Under the pieces are notes generated by a model that saw nothing but the letters and a program-made list of their open reading frames with translations, ran no database searches and was not told the DNA's origin. A stretch of DNA of 64,000 nt, taken from the NCBI RefSeq assembly GCF_031769215.1, contig NW_026782032.1, positions 186,001 to 250,000 on the forward strand. Reading direction: 5' to 3'. A program made the position numbers and the translations under genes. This document shows, piece after piece, positions 48,401-61,712 of the stretch (within the stretch, counting starts at the first letter, position 1; every line of letters begins with the position of its first letter). The stretch comes from Ylistrum balloti. Lineage: Eukaryota.

Positions 48401-50983
48401 ATCTAAATTAACCGAAGATGCATTTGCCTAATTAACTAATTACGTAACTTAATTACCAAACTATGAACGCCGATTGTCACAAAACAGAGAAAAAATAATT
48501 ATTTTAACGAACTAGGAATGTTCGAACCATAAACTAAATACCAAAATACTAAAACAGTAAGTATGCCGCCTATACTATTGATTTTCTAAGCATTCTGTGT
48601 TGAAAGTTAAGCTTTGTGAACAAAAGACATTTTGAATGTCTTCCATATTCAAAATTATTTAACATATATATAGCTTTATTTCTTACCTTAACTCTCCTCA
48701 ATAATCGAAACTTTACCATTTGTGCAAAGTGTTAATTTCTGACATTACTTTCTACATTTTCTACTGACAGAGACTTTAAACACGTAATACAGTATAGTTC
48801 TCACAATGAGAGGTAGATGTGTAGGTGCGGGTTGTAAAGTTGTCTTAAGGAGAGACATTAAAAACAAGAAATCTGCTACAAATACAAGATTTCCCCCCAG
48901 CACAATTGGTTGTTCGATTTTTTAAAAGCTGATGGCAATAACTTTACTAATGATCAAAAGATTGGTATGTGTATTAAACGTTTTAGGAATTATCAGTATT
49001 ATCAATTTTTTTTCCTGTCATAGGGAAAGATCTTGACACGAAGGTTGAAATTATACTTGACAATAGTCGGATTGATCTAGAATTTCAAGGCTGTTGTCGA
49101 TGAAGCAGAATTGGGAAGTACAGTTCCAGAATACCCATCTATGATAAGATGACAACCAATTCTATTCACTTCAGGGTAATTTATTAATTTTCACTATGCA
49201 TCATCATACAACTTGTTACATTGTGTTATCTAGTTATTTGTTATTGCGTCTGATGTTAGTGCCATCTAATTACAACGTTATCTGGTTATTGACAGTGTTA
49301 CCAAACTTTATACACGATGTAATATTGTGATTGATTAGTCCTTTAATTTAAGAAGTGTAAATGGCAACGCTTTATTCCCAAAGAAAAATATATAAATGGC
49401 AAAGAGTATCAAATCTTCAGTCAAACGACGGCTATATGAAGCAATCATTTGATTTGATGCTCGTTAGTTTGCCTGTTGGTTCCGTTGTTGAACACTTTGT
49501 TCTCATTTGAGCACGTGACATTACTCACTTGGATTGACGAAGGTTCACATGGCGGGTGTCGTCGGTGAAGCAGAAGACGCTTACTCTTCTGGAACACATG
49601 GTCTTTTATTTTTCAGGAGTCTCCGTGTAATTTTTCTTGTGTTCATATTTTGTCCTAGTTTTGTGGAATTTGAGTTTGGATTATGATTATGTTGCCATGT
49701 TGGTATTTTATTGATGTTTTTTCAGTCTAGCAAAAAAAAATCTTCCAAATCAATATCATTATAGACACTTACCCATTACAAACCATGACAGCATCAAACG
49801 TTTCTGTGACAGGACTTACATCGGAGTTTACCAAGTCCTTGTAGGTCACCTGCCACGTTACTTTGTCAGGGGACTTTAGGGGATTAACACTATTTACTGT
49901 CGTAGAGAACTGAAGTTTAAATTTTTAACACATATTGGTTTCCATATGCAAGCAGGCACTTCACACATTCAAAGATGTACATCGGTTTTAATCTCTCTTC
50001 AGTAAAAAGTACTTTTTTCGCATATTCGTCAGAAGTTATGAAATTATGGCCAGGATAATTTGCGTTTATTCTAATTATTACTATCGCTTGAAATATCCCT
50101 TTCCTTTTCACATACGAGTCTTCGAGAACTAGTAAGCCATACATCAGATCAAGGTTTTAAAAATATCATTCTTTCCTTATAGTATTCATATAATCAAACC
50201 ACAGTTGAAAACAAATTGTAAAAGTGAATACGAGGGTCTTTCATCCTTCTTTTATATGAAACACAAGAGGAAAAAACACGTTCAACTTACCTTGATATAT
50301 TTCAATAAATCAAAGGAAGTTGCGTAACTCTCTAGATATTCTAACATGTCTTCGTGTCGTACAAAAGATGGTAGATCTTTCCGGAATGGGAAATCAGGAA
50401 AGGCCATCACTTCCTTCGGAAGATTCGTCCTGATGAAAAAACCCGATAGAAATGTTCATATTGGTGAATAAAGATTCTTACGTTATGAAATCTTAATTTT
50501 AGATGCAATATATCATATGTCTAACGTTTGTGGCGGTTTAATGATGCACGTGGACAAATATACCTAAATCCAGAACGGACACTGGTCAGACATTGTGTCG
50601 TACAATGTCACAGTTTACAAGAAAGGACCGTAATACAATACATCTTAATAAAATGACACTTCATCAAAACATCCTTCTCCTTACGACAGATATTGTGGTA
50701 AAATGATTGACAGATTAACTGGTTTTATTGGTGTTGGTTGTTATATCATACATATGTGACGTCAGGTATAATCAGTGTCTCACTTCAGATTTCTGTACAT
50801 GCTGGAGTGGATGGGGAGACCGTGATCATCCACGCCTGTCTTGTCAGTGTAAATCCAAGTGCCACCAAGACGACTATTCTGCTCGAAGCACACAGCCTGG
50901 AACTTCGGCTGTCTGGTGCTGAGGTGCCTAAGGGCACACAGGCCTGCAGCTCCCGCTCCTATCACGGCCACCCGCATCGTCAT
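45417..50983 (-). CDS. Flavin-containing monooxygenase (FMO; FMO-GSOX/senecionine N-oxygenase-like), 5 exons, about 431 aa
   Basis: Exons 50983-50784, 50429-50291, 49909-49773, 47919-47742, 46058-45417, all GT-AG and in frame (1296 nt). FAD motif VAVIGAGAAG, GGTW, SSMYRNLKTNLPKEVMAFPDFPF, AVMVCNGHYS.P, FMO signature FRGKVMHSHDY, NADPH motif GAAASG, CTGY. Confidence 0.95.
46245..46815. repeat. 44-bp minisatellite in FMO intron 4 (about 8 near-identical plus degenerate flanking units)
   Basis: tattattcacctgtgtcttttgtacaa(a/t)ccattttattcaagcc repeated; it accounts for ORFs 46391..46885. Confidence 0.95.
49458..49712 (+). mobile_element. SINE-like repeat with Deu/Nin-like core, copy 2 (FMO intron 3)
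   Basis: ttagtttgcc..ttggttccgttgt...ggtgaagcagaagacgcttactcttctggaacac...caggagtctccgtgt...gaatttgagtttggattatgatt, homologous to 44962-45235. Confidence 0.6.
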
Positions 50984-51388
50984 AATCACCAATGTTCAAT
51001 CTTAAGACTGCTCCTTAAATACAAATAAAAAGGCATTAAGATATTCGCATGACACGCAAAATATACTGTTATTGATATTACCTACAGTATGAATTACTTA
51101 CACAAAACATACAGAAAAGAATTAGCCAGGAATTTAAAACTTTCAAAACTTCGTCGCATCAAGTATTGCAATAATCGTATAGTCAATATCGTGAAAGGTC
51201 GGAATGGTGATACGAGAACCGAGGGATCTACGTGGAAGAAAGATTCTTAAATGTCACACCGAACAACAGCTGAACAGAAAACATTATATGAAACATAAAG
51301 GGTGACGTTCAATGTTAGATCAGCTCAAACTGCAAATAAATCTATTTGCTCTTAGTTTGCCGCATTTCTGGCAAATAATATATACTTA

Positions 51389-51562
51389 CAGTCGAACCTC
51401 GTTATCTCGAACTCGATGGGACCACGGAAAAAACTTCAAGATAACCAAGTAATCCATTTCAATGACTTTGAATGTTTGTGTAAAATAAGGCAGGGACCGA
51501 AGAAATGTTTCGAATTAAACGAAGTCCGAATTATATGAGTTCGAGATAACAAGGTTCGAGTG
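51389..51562. mobile_element. MITE, Tc1/mariner-type with TA target duplication
   Basis: TA|cagtcgaacctcgttatctcgaact ... agttcgagataacaaggttcgagtg|TA: about 25-bp terminal inverted repeats flanked by TA. Confidence 0.8.
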
Positions 51563-51929
51563 TATATTACTCAAACATGCCAAAACTGTCTATATTTCCT
51601 TAAGCTATATTAAGGTACGTTATAAGATTGATCTAGTATGCAGTTCAGATAGTAAACATTGCACGCCGACGAAAGTGTGTATTTGAACTTTTGTATTGAT
51701 AAGGAATGGAAATCTACAGACACGGAGCTAGAATCGCAGATTGGAAGATTACTTGAAGCATAATTTCGACTCTTATTGCAGTTAAGTCGGCTGTCTCGCT
51801 AAGGCATTTGAGATTTAAGATTTTTCTTATTTATTATTGAAGACTATGTGTATTTAAGAGATTGTACAAAGTAAAGTGTGTTGAAAAGACGTGAAACAAG
51901 ACAGTGAACAGAATACAAACTTGGACTCA

Positions 51930-52590
51930 ATTAAGAGAGGAATCATCCACGTGAGTGTCTTGTTTCTGATCTCCCGGAACATCTGACGACAACAGCATAG
52001 CTTATTATCGACGATGGTCAGAGAATTCAACTCATCCAAATGCAAGTATCTACACTTCGGTTTGACCAACTTACACTATGAAATCGAAGGGGGTGGGGCA
52101 CAGCCATGAGTGAAAGCCTATACGAAGCAGAAAATTTGTAGGAAAAACTGCTTCTCCAATACTGTAATGACTCAGAGAAGCAGTTGCAGAAACAGCCGCA
52201 ACAGAAACACTCGGGGTCAAAATATACAGCTATTGACACTCCGAGTATACAAAATACCTCTCCGTCATTGACGCCATTCGCCAAGCATTTTCCCAATCAG
52301 CAAATGTTTTGGTGAATTGAGACAATGTTGCCTGAAACTATGTTCGAGGTTCATGTTACCACGAAAGAGTCACCTGCTCGGTGTCTCCGACAGTATACTT
52401 CAGTTTGATAACACTATAAAGTTGGCCCACCCACACTACCACAATGAGGCTTACAAGAACATATTGCAGTATCTACAAACACACACTCAACTCAGGCACT
52501 CGTCTCGAATGCATGAAGAGCTAGACCGTACTTGGATGGCCATAGCTGTTGCGTGAATGTACTCAAATGGTTTCCATTACACACCAACTA
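51930..52590 (+). pseudogene. Decayed ORF, possibly a tyrosine-recombinase-like (Crypton-related) domain
   Basis: Broken frames give, in order, QLTL*NRRG, SEKQL, RGQNIQLLT, NYVRGSC, TQLRH, ELD and LDGH. This order resembles the FNRRR.GE / RG.KVPVLLT / YRG..C / T.LRK / ELD.LA.F.GH motifs I recall for uncharacterised metazoan integrase-fold proteins. Many stops and frameshifts. Confidence 0.35.
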
Positions 52591-52607
52591 ATGACAATGG
52601 TTTCTAT

Positions 52608-53387
52608 GACAAACCAAAGAATGACAATGGTTTATGTGACAAAACAAAGAATGACAATGGTTTATGTGACAAACCAAAGAATGACAATGGTTTATGGGAC
52701 AAACCAAAGAATGACAATGGTTTATGGGACAAACCAAAGAATGACAATGGTTTATGTGACAAACCAAAGAATGACAATGGTTTATGGGACAAACCAAAGA
52801 ATGACAATGGTTTATGGGACAAACCAAAGAATGACAATGGTTTATGGGACAAACCAAAGAATGACAATGGTTTATGTGACAAACCAAAGAATGACAATGG
52901 TTTATGGGACAAACCAAAGAATGACAATGGTTTATGGGACAAACCAAAGAATGACAATGGTTTATGGGACAAACCAAAGAATGACAATGGTTTATGGGAC
53001 AAACCAAAGAATGACAATGGTTTATGGGACAAACCAAAGAATGACAATGGTTTATGTGACAAACCAAAGAATGACAATGGTTTATGTGACAAACCAAAGA
53101 ATGACAATGGTTTATGGGACAAACCAAAGAATGACAATGGTTTATGGGACAAACCAAAGAATGACAATGGTTTATGTGACAAACCAAAGAATGACAATGG
53201 TTTATGTGACAAACCAAAGAATGACAATGGTTTATGGGACAAACCAAAGAATGACAATGGTTTATGGGACAAACCAAAGAATGACAATGGTTTATGTGAC
53301 AAACCAAAGAATGACAATGGTTTATGGGACAAACCAAAGAATGACAATGGTTTATGTGACAAACCAAAGAATGACAATGGTTTATGG
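52608..53387 (+). repeat. 30-bp tandem array, 26 near-identical units, dimorphic at one base
   Basis: gacaaaccaaagaatgacaatggtttatg(t/g), reading DKPKNDNGL(C/W); diverged older units flank it (52575-52607, 53388-53575). Confidence 0.97.
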
Positions 53388-53629
53388 GACAAACCAACCC
53401 ATGAAAAATGGTTTCCAAGACAAACTAACCCATAACAATAGTTTCGAAGACAAACCATCCAATGACAATGGTTTTCAAGACAAAACAACCCATGGCAATG
53501 GTTTATGTGACAAACCAACTAATGACAATGATTTCCATGACAAACTAATTAGAGACGATAGTTTCCGTGATACATTAGGATGAGTAATAACAGAGTTGTT
53601 TGGGGAAAAAACGATAGTTAACGAATGCC

Positions 53630-54000
53630 TGGAATATAGTGCGAACCGGACGGTCCTACAAGGGACAGTTAACTAATGACGGAGATATAGTGCGTACAGG
53701 ACGGTCCAACAAGGGATACTTTACTAATGACGGAGATATAGTGCGAACATCATGGACTAACAAGGGACGATTTACTAATGACCGGGATAGAGTGCGAACG
53801 TGATGGACCAACAAGGGGTAGTTTACTAATGACGGAGATATAGTGCGAACCGAACAGACCAAGAAGTGATAGTTAACTAATGACCGGGATATAGTGCGGA
53901 CACGGTGGACCAAGAAGCGACAGCTTACTTCTGACTGGGATTTAGTGCAAACGGGCCGGTCTTACAATCTTTACCTTACTAATGACCAAAATATAGCGTA
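53630..54000 (+). repeat. 51-bp diverged tandem repeat, about 7 units
   Basis: gatatagtgcg...caaggga...ttactaatgacgga unit (DIVRTGRSNKGYFTNDG in one frame, with stops). Confidence 0.85.
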
Positions 54001-54749
54001 AACATGACGATTCAATAAGTAATAGCTCAAAATTATTAACGAATATTGTTCCGTACATCGTTCAGTGTTTTAGTATGTCCCCAGCATTGAACCCAACCGC
54101 AGTAACCGATTTAAATATGATTTTTTAAATAAACTGTCCTGTAACTTGTGATATAAGAAATAAAATAACTGTCCCGTTGCCAAAGACGACTTTTAAAATA
54201 AAGAACTATCAGCACACTGTTGATATTTTCATACAGTGCTCAGAAATGTGTCCTATAACCGCGGCATGACAAATGTGCAGACAATGCTGTCATTCATAAC
54301 ATGTTTAGTGAAGAGTTTTTTTCTTTTCGTATCACTTTGGAAAAGACGATATAGTTCAAGTATAGCCTTGCTGGAGCCACAGATTCACTATTACTTCACC
54401 GGTACTTACGCCTCAAGATTTCTCTTCCGGTGTTGTGTAATGCTATCTGTTCAACATCTCGGTAACAGTAATATATTTTCAACGAATGTATTTTGATGAT
54501 CCTGAGGTCGTTGACATTACTGATATTCACTCTATTTGAATAAGAAACCCTAACTTAATCAATAATTATCAACTGAAATCATAAATACACAGCAGAATGC
54601 AAGTTTTAGCTATAATCCGACAGGAAAAGATAAAGAAATCTCGTGTAAAGTAATATTGATAATGGCTGCCTCCATGTGCGGTGCATGACGATGCTTTTGT
54701 TTACATGAAGTACTGATGTTGATTTAAATAGCATTCTTAAAATTTGACC

Positions 54750-57700
54750 ATGTTTATACAATCGGATCCAAAAAGAAAATTAAGGGAATGGGGAGACTAC
54801 ACCCTGATCATGGTAAGATTTCCTTTTCTTACAGTGTGCGAATTTTTCTTATAATGTTACAGTAACTGGTAAGAGGTCCAAGGATAATCGGCTTATTGAA
54901 TTGCCATCGCGCCAGACCGAAACGGAAATTTCTTTTTCTTGTTTCTTTGTCTTATTAAAGCTCCGTTTTATTTTAGAATTATTAATTTTTAACGAAACCG
55001 ATTTTTACCAGATGTGTTAAACATTTTTGACACAACCTTTCATATGAGTAATAGTTTGTCTTAACAGTCATGAATTTCAGGAATAATCATCATATTATTG
55101 CTTTGAGCTATTATTTAGTCTCTCAAATCCAGGGTCATTTTGAAATAGATATACATATTTTTTTTAACTTTTGACATGATCCAATAGGCCTAACCCATGC
55201 AACATTGTACTTGTTTACGCAAAATGTGAAGAATTCAGTTTTCGCTTCCTTTATTTCGTAAAAATCTCAAGTTTATCTCCTCCATTGCTTCAAGTATGGC
55301 TAAAAAGGTCTGATCAAGGTTAAACTCATGCTCATCTCTGACATTTGCACTAAATGCTCCCAGTGGCTTTACACTTTAGTCAATAGAGAATAAAGTCGGT
55401 GATACAAATTGTAATTTACCACAAAGTTAATTAAGTGTGATAAATTAATGAGAAATATATTTGAATATTTTGTAGCCAGCAGTGTCGGTAGGAAATGTTG
55501 GACAGCTTGCTGTGGACCTGCTTATCTCGACACTATGGATGGAACGAGTGGGTCATATCCACCATGAAAGCATCCTCCCTCTGGTTGGCAATGATCCATT
55601 TGCTCATGAAGACTTCAGTGACTGTAAACTTGTAACTAGCTGTGATGGTGGGTTGATTTCATTCCAATATCTTTAATATTTCAACGTTTTTGTTTTTGAT
55701 TAAGCGTATTAGTAAAGTTCATAAGTTTATTTTGTTTGATTAACTTTTTGTAAATGACAATATACTTTTTAAAATTGAGCATTAAATAATATAATTCATC
55801 AATATGGTAAATGATTAGATATTAGTAAATGTAAATTTGTGTTCTTTTGAAAAATTAAGAATTTTGGATATTTTAATTTCTACTGGATATAATGAACAAA
55901 GGTAAGTTAAATAAAATTTCTAATATGAACACATTGTGGTTCATGTTTCTTGTCCAAACATACCATAAACAAAGAATGATAGTCTTTGTGTCCAGAGCTT
56001 TTGATTGATGAGATGTGTTTGTTTTCAGTGTATGAGAGCATTGAACACAAAGTAGTGGTTATACAGCAGAGGGCTCCATTTGTCAGGGTAAGGAATAATA
56101 GGTACAACTATTGTATGTATATTCTAGTAATCCTTGAGGAATCTTACCTCATTTCATGATTGTAATGAAAAATACATCCTTCTTGCTTTAAACTTTTCGT
56201 AAAACTGCCATATTTGACACCATCAAAGAAAACATCAACTTTAGGACAGAAATACTGATCTCTGGTTATAGACAATTCAGTGGTTTTATCATGTAAAGAA
56301 AATTGTCAGTGTTGTCATTGGAACAAACAATTCTGTGCATTGAATCAAGTGCCTTTGAGCTTCTCAAAGTTTCTTAGTTGAGAGTGCTTGCTTGGAATCG
56401 TAATATGTGGAAAGGCAGAAGGATAAGACCATCATTTTGTCAGTGTAGGTCATCAGTTTTGTCATTTAAACAAATAATTCTGTACAATGACACAAGTTCC
56501 TTTGAGTTTGCCAAACTTACTTATAGTTTTTTTGTGTGGAATTCTTTTATGTCTAAAGTGGAAGGACCAGACCATCTATGCTATAAATAGAAACTTGATT
56601 TCGATGAAAATAATTTGATTGCACTTAGACTCAACAAACTTAATTCTGTATTAGGTGTACTTTGGATTATAGTTCCTGTTAGAATGTCTGAGTTCAAAGT
56701 CAATTACTAGGAATAGAAAATTGGTTCCCATCTTGACCTGCCTGGTGCCTTTCAAACTTAAGTTTGTACATTTCTTTCTTGCTGTGTGTGCTTTCTTAAG
56801 ATTTCTCTCGTGGTCTGGACGTCAAAAGTCAACATCACTGTTACTCTATCTAGAAAGTTGGTTTCCTTGTGACTCTCTGTATATATTCTCTCTTATTGCA
56901 AAAAATCCTTCATCCTAGAATTGGTTGACATTTGTATTAGGTTTCAATTTCCAATCCCTTGATTAACAATAATTTTATAAACAACTCTGAAAAAAACAGT
57001 AATGTTTGGTAAATCATGATTTTAGTAATCTGTTGTGGTTAGACATGAAATTATATACTACATTATGTTCTGTGTTATATGATACTATTTGTTACAGGGG
57101 AAAATGGCAATGTTTAGAAAATGGTTGAAAGAATGGGTCACCAGCATGTCCTTTACAAGGCTGGTTATCCTGACAAGCAGTCGCAGTGAGGAAAGACTAG
57201 ATGTACAGCTGCAGGGGTGAGCTTTTAAGTAAATTTCAATATGACCTCATCATGAAAACTGCCATCTCATGCAAAGTATATATCTCATCAAACACCAATA
57301 TCAGAACTGGAAATTGGTTTAAATTTTTGTGGTTTCGTCAAGACTTTTATACAAAAGAATTTTTTTTTTTATGGAAGTAGTGTTTTCATTCTTCATGTTT
57401 ATTTGAAAAAGAATTGATATTTTTTTAGTTCTTTCACTTTAGTGGCAGAAATATGACAAAGCTAAAATTAGATTTCCTTAATTTGATATGAAATGATAAA
57501 ATTTGGGTGTGGCAAAATAAATCAGTTTTGCAGTATTTTTATTTATCATTATTCTACCTTGAAAAAAACCCAAGAACAATGAAATATACAACCCTGCGAA
57601 AATAACACCCTCTTTAGTACTCGTTTTAGGGAACACAGATTGGTACCTTAAAGAACATGTGAATGTGTGCTAAAACCTTAAACCACTTTCAACATGTTAA

Positions 57701-59330
57701 GGTCAATTTCAAACTTCTTCTAATCAAATATGAGGCCCAGAGTAATGATATTTGTTTGTAACTTGATGTTGGAATCGCAATATGTTCCCGAGTTCTTTAC
57801 ATAAACAGATATGCATATTTAGATGGGTTTTTTTTAATCAACCAATGATTAGTGTACAGCAAGATTACTTGATAACTTTTTTTTATTTGTTAAGTTTGTT
57901 GTCATTAACAAATGATGGTCAAATTAAAATAGTAGATCTTAGAAGAAGTTAAAATGTGTAATTTTCAAATTCAATATATCTGTTTGAAGAGACCAACTTC
58001 GTTTCCTTGCCTCCCAGTCCATGGAGGACTCCTCAACGTGCCAAAGGCTGCGTGCTGCTCCACTTAATTGGCTGGATCTAGAACGCAGGCACACATTTCC
58101 AGCTCCAACCCCAGAAGAGCTTCAAAATGGACAGAAACAACCAGATTATATATACATACCAGGAGGTGGAATAGCCAAGTCTTTACTGGAGGAATGGTAA
58201 GACAGGAAAAATATCACATAAAGGTACCACACAGATCATACAGGACAGAACAATCTAATACTTGGTACTGTGTGAGATCACAAACAAGACAGTGTATATA
58301 AAGTTTATCTCTGTACTGAGGCATGTCTGTATCCTTCCTAGACTAATAGTGTAATCACATGACAATATGTATTTATAAAAAAAAGTCTGTAATGGAGAAA
58401 CGGCCTTACCACATTATGTCCCTCTGTCTCAACAGTATTAATGTGAAAGTTACAAAAGCTATTAGTCTGTGTTCACTTTATATCTACAGCTGGTGTAAGG
58501 CATCAGTGTATACATATGACATACTGCAGTGATCCTGAACAAAGCCCAGGGAACAAACATGTTACTTCTTGCTCATTCCAGTAAGGTTGTACTGAATTAT
58601 TCTGATATTCTATATCGGTCTTGAGTCCAGATACTGGATACTGGATTTGTGGAGTCCAAACCGATATAAAAAAGTTGATACAATGTTAGAATGATTTGGA
58701 CTACATTTTAGGTGATTAACTAACAACAAATATGTATCATTGTCCTGGAGGAATTTGGACTTATTCCTGAATAAATATGTTACCTTCATTTTTAATACAT
58801 ACCTGTTACAGTGGGAAGGAGATGCCAGTTTTGGTTTTGATGCTGTTCTGTTCAGAAGGAGACAATGCTCAGGATGCTATTTATCTGGCGTCTCGACTAA
58901 ACATGTGGCTCGATCTCGTGGACATGAAGGTTGGTACTGAAACAAAATGGAGACTAGGCAAGATTACTCTATAACATACCTTAGCCTGTACAGATTTTGT
59001 GATATCACTTTTGGTCCTCACAGGGAAAGCCAGTTGAGATTTTGTTAATCACTTTTCATCCTTGTAGGGAAAGCTAGTAAAGATTTTGTGACATCACTGT
59101 AATGTTCTCACAGAGAATTCATATAGAATTATTTTTTTTGATAGAGTATTACTTCCGAATATCTCTTTTTTAATTTTAAGATTTTAAGTCATAAAATGTT
59201 TGATTTGTTGTCTTTTCAGCCAAAGAAAAATGAAGATGGAAAAATAATTAAACCACTTCCAGGATGGAAAATTCCTTTGTCGTGGCGGCATTTATTTGGT
59301 GCTCGGGTAGATCAGACATTATACCACTGA
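54750..59330 (+). CDS. PSMG2: Proteasome assembly chaperone 2, 7 exons, about 282 aa
   Basis: Exons 54750-54812, 55476-55647, 56029-56087, 57098-57216, 57990-58196, 58812-58929, 59220-59330 (849 nt, GT-AG, in frame). Motifs DYTLIM|PAVSVGNVGQLAVDLLISTL, LVGNDPF, YIPGGGIAK, FCSEGDNAQDA, WKIPLSWRHLFG. Confidence 0.95.
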
Positions 59331-60659
59331 CACAGCCTGATTGGGACATATAAAGATGCCGTTATGTTGTATGGAAATACTGATATCACATTCACTGCCT
59401 TGTGTGAGTTTCCTTGCTGGACAGGCTGTCACAAACAGACAATATCACACATAAGAGAGAATTTCACATATGTGATAAACTTGTGTAAGTTTCTACAGGA
59501 TATTTGTGATAGGTGTATATGTGACTGGATATTTGTGAGATTGTTTTATCTCAGTTTCATTCTAATATTCTCATGAACTGACATGGAATTTACTTGACTA
59601 TGAAATTTTAGTGATTTATCAACAATGGGACATTTTTATGGAAAAAAAAAGAAGAATTTCCAAACATTTTGAACATTATGTAGATAAGTTGTCCTGCTGG
59701 TTGTTATACAAGTATAGCCACCATCTTTCGACCCTGAAACAAAAATTCAATACAATGTTGAAAGGCATTTGTTGTTGAAGTAACAAATAAGAAATATTGT
59801 TTGACAGGAAATTGATAGAATTTCTGTCTACACATTTGTGCTTATTTTAAGCAATATAAGTTGATTGTGGCAGCTTTCAAATGAACCAATATGAAAACAA
59901 TGATTCATCATTGATTGCGGCCATAACTTACCTTTCAAATGAAGCAATATTTCAAATCAAGTGATTGTGTATTAAAAAATTCATAAATATAAAAACAGGG
60001 GCTTTGTATAATTTCAAATGAAAAAATTGATATATATAAAAACAGGAGTTCTGTTTCATTTCAAATGAAGCAGTATTTCAATATATCCAAGTTTAAATTA
60101 AGTGGGGTGAACTTAGGTATTAAAGGTGTATTTACGTAATTATTGGAAATTGAATGGTTATCTCAAATCTCAATCCAACCAACAATCCTCAAGTTGTTTG
60201 ATAGATATAATTTATCAGTACTTTTACTTAGAATGGTAAAATAGAATTAATAACACAAATAAATATGTCTTAAAACACTTAACACTGAAATTTGTAGCCA
60301 ATAATACACTTAACACTGAAATTTGTAGCCAACAAAATCTCTTTGGAATGGTATCATTTTATTGTTGTGTGCACTTGTGTTATAAAAATTGCCATGTTGT
60401 GTTGTATTCAAATGTGCACGAAGTTGAAACTTTTGAATTAAAAAAATTTATGACAAAAGTTTCTGCTTTGTTTTAAATATGTGGATTTATGGTTGTGACA
60501 TTCAGTACTTTGATTGTACTGAGGTAAATTTAATGTCAGTAAATTTCAATAAATAGAAATTGAAAATGTAAACTGCATTTAAATTCGTTGATAGTGGACA
60601 TTTAGATAAGGTTTTCCATTCTCTCTCTCCAAAATGACAGAGGGAGTTGTCTAACATTA

Positions 60660-61712
60660 GGGGTAAGTTCGGTATGGGGACATCACTTTTTGAGCATGAT
60701 GCAACATTTAAGATGGCTGTCAGCAGCTATTGTCGATTTGTCTGTTCTGAAACAATTATTGTTATCATTATTTTATAGGAAGTATTGCTGTAACTCCAAA
60801 ACAGCGATGGCGGACAAGCAGATGTTTTGGATTTTGATAGTAGAAATTTATCGTTCTCTCTTTAGAAGTATTAGATGGATCTCCTTGGTCCCTAGTTGTG
60901 CATATTTAACTGACAGTATGTTATCGCTGTTTCTTGAAAAATACAAGATGGATCATCATCAAATTTTAATTGTAAGTTTCTTAGGTCCATAGCAGTGCAT
61001 TGCTTGGTTATAGCACTTACCAGAAAAAAATATGGCCGTTAGGCTGCCATCTTGGATTTTTACAGTAATATCTTTTATCACTATTTCTGGAGAAGTATTG
61101 CATGGATCATTCTCCAATTTCTTATGGTGTTCAGCTTTAGTCTTCAGTTGTCCATACATTATTCTGAGACTAATCAAGAACCAAAATGGCCGACAAGCAG
61201 CCATCTTTGTTATTGACAGTAATAATTTGTCAGCTTTGGAGAAGTACTGGATGGATCCTTCTCAAATTTCATGTATATGTTCGCTTTGGTCCATAATTGT
61301 GGCGGAAATGCGGCTATCTTGGATTTTGACTATGAAAATGTATTATTGCTATTTCTTGAAAGTACTTGATAAATCTTTCTTGGATTACTTTTAGAATATG
61401 GGTTCCCCTAAGTCCCTAGTTACACCCTTTTGATTTTGGGATCGATCGGAGAAACAAATTGGCTGGCAGATAGCCATCTTGGATTTTGACTAAGATTATT
61501 ATAACTATACTTTTAAACTTTTAAAGACAAAAAATATGACCAAACAATTGTGGGCACCAAGATCACTTTGGGATCTCATTTTTGGACTGAAAAAGTAAAA
61601 TGGCTGACAGGCAGCATTATTATATTTTGAAAGTTGAACTTTTTGCTATTGGATAGATCCCATCTACTTTTTTAAGTGTAGGCCCTTTAGGTTCCTTGTT
61701 ATGTATGTGGAT
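60660..61712 (+). mobile_element. Degraded non-autonomous element with internal aaaatggcc.../...gccatcttggattt subrepeats (Pearl/CvA-like)
   Basis: Repeated aagatggc/aaaatggccg and gccatcttggatttt(g) motifs; the end gtgtaggccctttaggttccttgtt resembles the family 3' end. Confidence 0.5.

Noticed and set aside
52588-53518. 276-aa and 304-aa minus-strand ORFs and the TNQRMTMVY frame
   Set aside because: They are alternative frames of the 30-bp array; the flanking diverged units favour the DK frame if any.
60690-61394. ORFs of 81-120 aa
   Set aside because: They lie inside a degenerate non-autonomous element and have no protein motifs.
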